From a virus (taxonomy: Duplodnaviria; Caudoviricetes), in IMG/VR virus record IMGVR_UViG_3300008952_000052, positions 1 through 59,885 of that record: a stretch of DNA of 59,885 bases. One strand, written 5' to 3'. This document shows positions 54,018 through 59,885 of the stretch, piece after piece (the stretch's first letter is position 1; the number at the start of each line of letters is the position of its first letter). The translations under genes and the position numbers were made by a program. The notes below the pieces were generated by a model that did not search any database, was not told the DNA's origin, and worked only from the letters and a program-made list of their open reading frames with translations.

Positions 54018-54069
54018 AGGTATTCCTCTCTCTCATAGGAATACTCTTATAGACAAAAACCCACAAAGA

Positions 54070-55050
54070 TCAAAACATCATACTCAAAGCACCTTCAGTC
54101 TTATCATCTTTATATGCCCAAACCTCATTGATAACGAACCTCGGCATAGAAAGTACTGGCTGATTCTCTTCGTCTGTATGAAAGAATGTCCTATCGTAGT
54201 CATAAACAAGAGACTGAACACGGCTTTTTAAGAAATATTTTGCTGAAGGATCAAAAATAGCATCTTCTTCTCCACCCAATTCACTTTCATCAAAACTACC
54301 AGACAACCAAAAGGGCAAGAGAGCAGACACAGCACCCCCAAAGGCTTTGGTTAAAGTTTCAATTTCTTGTTCTAATTGTTCAGAGAGGTCACAAAGCTTA
54401 ATGATCTTATGTTCCAAAAGGTGTAGTTTTTCCGCAATTTCCTGATTTGCCCAACCTCGTAGCTTATGCATGGCATCTGCCATAATAGTGTGTTCTTTGT
54501 TCCAGACTAAACGAGGCTGACCTGTTTTGTCCACCAATCTTGCAGGTTGGTACTTTTTCACATTCAACATCCCACCAGCATCAGAACCCCAATCCAATTC
54601 TTCAATAGTCTCTTCTGTCTTACTAATATTAGATTCGTGACGGGAAGAATTCGGGTGAACTCTGGAAACAGGAGCTATTAGCCCCCCATAGGGATATTTC
54701 TCCACCTCTTTTATCTCCCCATCTCCTATTACTTCAATGGCTTTGGTTTCATTGGGGTGCATAAACATAGAGATATCATATGGGTTCCCCCCAACCATTA
54801 TGTAAGCCATTACAAGACCTTCTAAGGAAGAACCTTCGGTAACAGAGAAATTCAACCTTTTCTCTGTTCTATATTTTCCAGTATCGGTTTCGATAGCCTC
54901 ATAGGTCACAGTAATGTATCCAATCCTATCCCTCTCTACTTGTATGCTTTTAATCCTGTGTGGAATATTCACGGCTTCTCTTAGAAGCCACTCTCGTATT
55001 CCAAGCCAATAGCCCGTTCTAAAACGAGTAAAACCACCAAAACTACCCAT
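54070..55050 (-). CDS. hypothetical protein in structural operon (326 aa)
   Basis: Tight spacing; C-terminal coiled-coil-like segment. Confidence 0.8.
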   Translation of the reverse strand: MGSFGGFTRFRTGYWLGIREWLLREAVNIPHRIKSIQVERDRIGYITVTYEAIETDTGKYRTEKRLNFSVTEGSSLEGLVMAYIMVGGNPYDISMFMHPNETKAIEVIGDGEIKEVEKYPYGGLIAPVSRVHPNSSRHESNISKTEETIEELDWGSDAGGMLNVKKYQPARLVDKTGQPRLVWNKEHTIMADAMHKLRGWANQEIAEKLHLLEHKIIKLCDLSEQLEQEIETLTKAFGGAVSALLPFWLSGSFDESELGGEEDAIFDPSAKYFLKSRVQSLVYDYDRTFFHTDEENQPVLSMPRFVINEVWAYKDDKTEGALSMMF

Positions 55051-55053
55051 ATC

Positions 55054-57912
55054 TCACCCCGTTGTTTCCAAAGCAGAGTCATTCATGTCTTTCCCTGAGA
55101 ACATTTCAATAATATCCATAATAATAGCCCCACCCGGAACTGGTACAAGACCCATCGCACTGAAGCCCCAATGAGTAGAACCAGAATCAGGCTTATCCTC
55201 TGATGTTATCAAATCCATCAAAACCCCATCTGTACCCCTTGAAAAGAAATACAAAATCTTAGCCTCTGGCAATTCAAACAACCCCAAGGATTGAATAATA
55301 GCATTGATCCTTCTGATAAGGTTTTGAACTTCCTTAATTCTCTGCTGCACCCATTCGATATATCGAAGAATTACGTCAATAACGCTCTGCATAGCTTTCA
55401 TTATCATCTCAATAAAATTGAGAATATAGTTAAAAACCTTTTCTATTCCCAAAGATCTACCAAGCCTTATATATTCCCAATTCTCAGAGCTACCATATCT
55501 GTTGATATCAAGCCCTGCGGTTGCAATTTTAAGGATGAGTGCAGCCTCTGGTATTACAGCAGAATCAGAGAGTAAAGCTGTTCTACAAAAAACAGCCCTA
55601 CTTGGTCCTGATGTGTCTGGATCTTCTACCAGATCCTCAATATCAGTATAAATAATGGGTAGATCTGTCCTATCAGGCTTTGCAACACCCCCCACTGGCT
55701 TTTTTCCCAACTGCCAGCAGTTTACTATTAAGCCATTCCTACCATTCTTTGTTTTTAAATTTCCATTTATATCTCTGAGAAAACCACCAACACTCGGATC
55801 AGTAGATTCCATCCATTCCAGTTGATCTTCAGCAGCCTTCTTTGTTTTCGTAGTTACTTTTGAATCTGCTATTATTAGCTTTAAACTCTTCAATTGAGTA
55901 GTATAAACATCAAGAGAAATATCATTTGGGTACGATATAGAATCGTGTGTGCCTCCCGTAATATCCTCTTCCCAATTGTACAAAGGGCTAAGAATGTGGG
56001 TCAAAACAAGCTCAGTGTTTTTTGTCTTGCCTTGAGAGACAAATAAAGACTTCCAATTGGGGGCTAATCCTGAATCGGCATTTGTATTGGCAGATTTTTT
56101 TAAGCCAACACTTTCTAAGAGGGTGAGATCTGGAAGCTCTAAATCATAATCTCTCCACTTCCATTCTCTAAGGGTAGTAGTGTTGTCAATAGTAAGTTGC
56201 TCAACCGTTATAGGTAGTGGTCCTATGAAATCTATAATTTTTGAAGCCATTCTCTTTACATGTCGCTTTAACTTCCTCTCAAAAGCTTTGGGGTCTTCAA
56301 CATTTTTGAAGAATTTCACTCCAGACATTCGTAAAACTTTATTGAGAATTTCAAGGGTTCCATTCTTATCAAAGCCTGTTGATCTTATGGTGTACCGACC
56401 CTCCGTACCATCATCAGGATCAAGATCAGGACGAGACAGGATTAAAACCAACAAAGCAGCTTGAAGGGTTTCCATAAATAGCTGGGTGTTTTCCCTCGGA
56501 ATAACCACATTCACAGGCTTACAGAATTTCTCTATCTTCCCAATAGGTTCAATCACAACTCTCTCTTCACTATCAACATCTGACTTAGGAACCTGATAAG
56601 AGAGGTCATAATCAAGGGGTTCAAACTTACCATCATTATAGTCTGCACCTCTCATTTTAAGATCATCGGGAACTGCTGCTATCCTGATAGCAAATGTGGC
56701 AGGGGGGTTCTCCGTATCTTCAACTAATTTCATATCAGAACCCTTCCCTTCAATTTTTGCGTTCACAGGAAGTTGTTCATGCTTAATAGTGAAGCTATGA
56801 GGCGCACCCGGCCCTGTCTTCATAAAACCAGTTGCTGTTGAATAGATAAAGGATCTCTGGAAAAAATACTTCGGCAGATCGGGGTTGGAGACATCCTTCA
56901 TCAATTCAAGAGGAACTAATGCGGGGCCAATCCCCTCTGAGGAAGGCACTGCCCTATGAGAAGCCACCACATAAGAGTATCCATTCTTCCTTTTCCCTTC
57001 TTTATCCGTGGCATTTGTATATTTTAACATTTCAACCAGACCTACCCTGTCGTGTCCACCATACAAGACAACGGGGTGTCCATCTTTGCCATATAAAGGA
57101 ACCAACTCTTCTTGTGAAGCCCCACTCTGTGCTGGCTGGGCAGTGTTCTTCTTCCGACAAAGCATCAGGGGCATCCCAGCAACTTCTGTAGAGACTTCTA
57201 TAATAAAGCCCTCTGCTGGTATTGTAGGAAGGGTCACTCCCATTGCCGAATATCCACTCGCCTGTTTCCAAGAAACTTCTATTTCGGCAGGTTTATTAAA
57301 GATTTTACCGTGAGTTGGAGCGTATGTTGGGTCGTTTGACATATAAGAAACTGTGACATTCGTTATGGGAGATTGAACATCTCCCAATCTTCCGAATTTA
57401 AGCAATTTCATAATTAGCTCAATCGTTTTAAGTAGAGAGCCAATCATTTCACTATCTGCACTGGCAAACAACATAAACCCAAAAACATAAGAACCACTGG
57501 ATAGATTAGGGCGACCCGGATCAGATCGATCTGTTAATCTTCCAATCATTCTTTTTTCAGCACCAGAATAACCACCAAGAAGATTTTTCATTCGTTGTGA
57601 AAATCTTCCTTGTTGTAGTACTTTCCAATCTCCCGTAGCGTAAAGACCTAATTGTGAGAGATCCCTCAATAGCTTTTTGATCTCCTCCATTAACTTTTTA
57701 ATCAAAGCAGAAAGAGGGTCAGCGATACCTACAAGAAAAGCCTTAATGACTTCCATTATGGTATTAACCACTTCCAAAGCTGCTATTAGAAATTTAGCAA
57801 TTGTGTCTACTTTTGCTTTAAATTTCTCCAACCAAGGAGGGGGCCAAGGCTCAATTAAAAGCTTTTGCTCCCACTTATTCTCCCATTTATTTTCATCTTC
57901 AAAATCGCTCAT
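55054..57912 (-). CDS. putative virion/baseplate-region protein (952 aa) with amphipathic helical ends
   Basis: TAATG overlap with upstream gene; long amphipathic helices near both termini. Confidence 0.8.
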   Translation of the reverse strand: MSDFEDENKWENKWEQKLLIEPWPPPWLEKFKAKVDTIAKFLIAALEVVNTIMEVIKAFLVGIADPLSALIKKLMEEIKKLLRDLSQLGLYATGDWKVLQQGRFSQRMKNLLGGYSGAEKRMIGRLTDRSDPGRPNLSSGSYVFGFMLFASADSEMIGSLLKTIELIMKLLKFGRLGDVQSPITNVTVSYMSNDPTYAPTHGKIFNKPAEIEVSWKQASGYSAMGVTLPTIPAEGFIIEVSTEVAGMPLMLCRKKNTAQPAQSGASQEELVPLYGKDGHPVVLYGGHDRVGLVEMLKYTNATDKEGKRKNGYSYVVASHRAVPSSEGIGPALVPLELMKDVSNPDLPKYFFQRSFIYSTATGFMKTGPGAPHSFTIKHEQLPVNAKIEGKGSDMKLVEDTENPPATFAIRIAAVPDDLKMRGADYNDGKFEPLDYDLSYQVPKSDVDSEERVVIEPIGKIEKFCKPVNVVIPRENTQLFMETLQAALLVLILSRPDLDPDDGTEGRYTIRSTGFDKNGTLEILNKVLRMSGVKFFKNVEDPKAFERKLKRHVKRMASKIIDFIGPLPITVEQLTIDNTTTLREWKWRDYDLELPDLTLLESVGLKKSANTNADSGLAPNWKSLFVSQGKTKNTELVLTHILSPLYNWEEDITGGTHDSISYPNDISLDVYTTQLKSLKLIIADSKVTTKTKKAAEDQLEWMESTDPSVGGFLRDINGNLKTKNGRNGLIVNCWQLGKKPVGGVAKPDRTDLPIIYTDIEDLVEDPDTSGPSRAVFCRTALLSDSAVIPEAALILKIATAGLDINRYGSSENWEYIRLGRSLGIEKVFNYILNFIEMIMKAMQSVIDVILRYIEWVQQRIKEVQNLIRRINAIIQSLGLFELPEAKILYFFSRGTDGVLMDLITSEDKPDSGSTHWGFSAMGLVPVPGGAIIMDIIEMFSGKDMNDSALETTG

Positions 57913-58142
57913 TATTGACCACCACCATGCTTCAAGCGGTCTACTTTCTCATGCAATTCTATGACCAACTCCTGATCTTTTTTTACCTGCGCTTCCAGCA
58001 ACTCAGACATTTTCTTTAGAAGCAAAATCTGAGGCTTCAACATTGCATGCTCCTTCTGACCAGCCTCTACATCAGACCATTCACCAAGATTGACACCGCA
58101 CTCTTTGAGCTTTTTCATCACATCTTCTAATTCTTTATCCAC
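57912..58142 (-). CDS. small coiled-coil protein (76 aa)
   Basis: GTG start, GGGGTG SD, coupled to the downstream gene. Confidence 0.75.
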   Translation of the reverse strand: MDKELEDVMKKLKECGVNLGEWSDVEAGQKEHAMLKPQILLLKKMSELLEAQVKKDQELVIELHEKVDRLKHGGGQ

Positions 58143-58153
58143 CTTTCACCCCC

Positions 58154-59884
58154 TTATCCTTGTGACAACATACGAAGGACATATTCTCTCATTTCTTTCA
58201 ACCTCTTGGACAACTGCCTATCAAACTGACGGATTTGAGCCAAAAGCCCCTCTGTCCTATGAACCCGATAGTTAATCCAAGTGTTACGAAGGTCACGGAA
58301 TCGATCCCTATCATTTAATACTACCTCAACATGATCTAATAATAGAGGTCTTACCAACGATCCCGATTGACCATTCAATGAAGAAGCCCGATCTTCATAA
58401 GCAGTGTAGGGGGTTCCACCAAGATTCGACACCAAGCCTGAGCTAATCCCATTTGCTGCTGGACACATTTCATCCAACTGCTCATCTTGAATAAAGAACC
58501 GTCTATCCAACAATGAGAGAGCATCACTGTCGCTTGTAAAGGGTGAGTTGTCTACTCTCCCTAAGAGGTCTTCCAAAATAGCATTGTGGGCTACACCCAA
58601 CCCACTCTCAGCAATCAGAGGACTGCCAAGGTCTTCTATGTGCTGATTATCTTGAAAGACATAATAATCCCCACTCTTCTCTAAAAGCATAATGGCTCTA
58701 AAGTGTTCAATTAGAGACAGGGTGCGTTCTCTTAGCATCAAAACCATTTCAATAGTATCTTCAGTGAATAGCTTTGAGGGTCTGATTACTCTGTATCCAA
58801 AAGGTCTTATGGAGAAATCATTTGTGGAAAAGGAATTTGCTTTATCTGTGTCACCGTGTTCTGAGCCATCATTGGTCAAATAAGCCTTCATTGTTGGTCT
58901 GAGATCCATCTGCCCCTCATCGTTCGTTGGAGAGGCAAAGAAATAAGAATGGTTGAGATTAGAAGCATGGATTGTTGGATAGATGGTGTAACCAAGAACC
59001 GTTTTAGCCACGGCATCTGAAGGAAAGGTCACATCAGCACCATAAATTCCAACAAAGTTATTCTTGTACCCCCCTTCAACTACTAAATGATCCCCCTCTA
59101 CTTTCTTGACCTTATAGAAGCCCCGATTATCGTCTAAAGAAGAAGGTTGACCAGCTTGATAAGGGTTTTCTGATATGACAGAATTGGCTCCTGACGGATC
59201 ATTTCTCTCAATAATTCCTTGATCTCCAAAGGGTCTGGAACCTCTTTCTTCTGGATTGTGAAAACCACCAGCACCTTGAAGAAGCCCAATGGGATCTATG
59301 ATAACAATATCATCTTCTTGAATTCCAGCAGCAGCAAAATCACCAGAATTAGTGGCATTTAGATCATCATAGAGGAGATTAGAATAGCTTTCCCATGTCT
59401 TAACCTGTCCTGTATCTGGATCTATTTCACCTGCGGAACTGGGAGTGTTTGCTAATGCAGGGATCTCTGGAACATAGCCTCCTGTCTGATTTGCAAAATC
59501 AGGAACCGTTGTGAAAAGAGTTTTCTCTGTAATCAAAGATAGTAGCTGCTCATTGGTCTGTTCATGCGGTACGGGAGCCTGTCGAAGATAAATCTCAAAA
59601 GAGTATCCCGTAAAATTAGAAGAGGCAGCAGCAGCAATGAAAGCCTCATCCGTGAAAGCTGGTGATCGAAGACGAAGGACTTGATCCTTCTTGATATACT
59701 TAAAAATCCCAGCCTCTTGTAAGTCTCTCACTTCTTCCATCGTTTGAGGGTCAGCCGCCACCCAATCAGGGTTTAATTCTCCAAACCCAAGAACCTCTGC
59801 GGTATCAACCAAGACTCCGTCTTTCAGAAGTCTCACATCATCCCCAGTATTTATATTCACATCCCGATCTCTAAAATCTCCTAA
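58154..59884 (-). CDS. C-terminal part of a large putative virion protein, truncated by the window edge
   Basis: The frame stays open upstream of the listed GTG (59860) to the end of the window (L-G-D-F-R-D-R-D-V...). Confidence 0.8.
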   Translation of the reverse strand, partial: LGDFRDRDVNINTGDDVRLLKDGVLVDTAEVLGFGELNPDWVAADPQTMEEVRDLQEAGIFKYIKKDQVLRLRSPAFTDEAFIAAAASSNFTGYSFEIYLRQAPVPHEQTNEQLLSLITEKTLFTTVPDFANQTGGYVPEIPALANTPSSAGEIDPDTGQVKTWESYSNLLYDDLNATNSGDFAAAGIQEDDIVIIDPIGLLQGAGGFHNPEERGSRPFGDQGIIERNDPSGANSVISENPYQAGQPSSLDDNRGFYKVKKVEGDHLVVEGGYKNNFVGIYGADVTFPSDAVAKTVLGYTIYPTIHASNLNHSYFFASPTNDEGQMDLRPTMKAYLTNDGSEHGDTDKANSFSTNDFSIRPFGYRVIRPSKLFTEDTIEMVLMLRERTLSLIEHFRAIMLLEKSGDYYVFQDNQHIEDLGSPLIAESGLGVAHNAILEDLLGRVDNSPFTSDSDALSLLDRRFFIQDEQLDEMCPAANGISSGLVSNLGGTPYTAYEDRASSLNGQSGSLVRPLLLDHVEVVLNDRDRFRDLRNTWINYRVHRTEGLLAQIRQFDRQLSKRLKEMREYVLRMLSQG

Positions 59885-59885
59885 T

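Noticed and set aside
11781-58883. Numerous 60-160 aa + strand and nested ORFs inside the structural genes
   Set aside because: They are shadow ORFs fully overlapping long - strand genes, without SD or protein-like motifs.
1-59885. Stop-codon reassignment as seen in some large phages
   Set aside because: Coding density is high under code 11, and TAA, TAG and TGA all terminate well-spaced genes.

Overview
This window is a fragment of a large (jumbo-type) tailed bacteriophage genome read in the standard genetic code, with two convergent halves. Bases 1-10.6 kb hold about 27 short, tightly coupled, mostly + strand genes typical of an early/host-takeover region. Recognisable products include a DUF5131 (Gp37/Gp68) protein, a DUF6011-type Zn-finger protein and an 'NLTPH'-motif protein that may be a ring nuclease. 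Bases 10.7-59.9 kb hold a - strand virion morphogenesis operon of a contractile-tailed phage: gp25-like, baseplate J-like, gpI-like and tail-collar-like proteins, plus six further virion proteins of 1150-2950 aa and a holin-like membrane protein. A bidirectional terminator (10673-10706) separates the halves. The most unusual signal is non-coding and lies in the early region. (i) Five copies of a non-sigma70 bipartite promoter-like motif (CTGTG-N14-YTGTAT-RRGTATTAG). (ii) A ~136-nt, almost fully base-paired multi-branch RNA starting at the end of one copy (1011-1146). (iii) Four covarying hairpins that enclose the Shine-Dalgarno of early genes. (iv) A 35-nt inverted copy (7512-7546) of the coding sequence of another early gene (4212-4246), which could be an antisense sRNA or an inversion site. 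Family assignments come from motif recognition by eye, and no database search was run.
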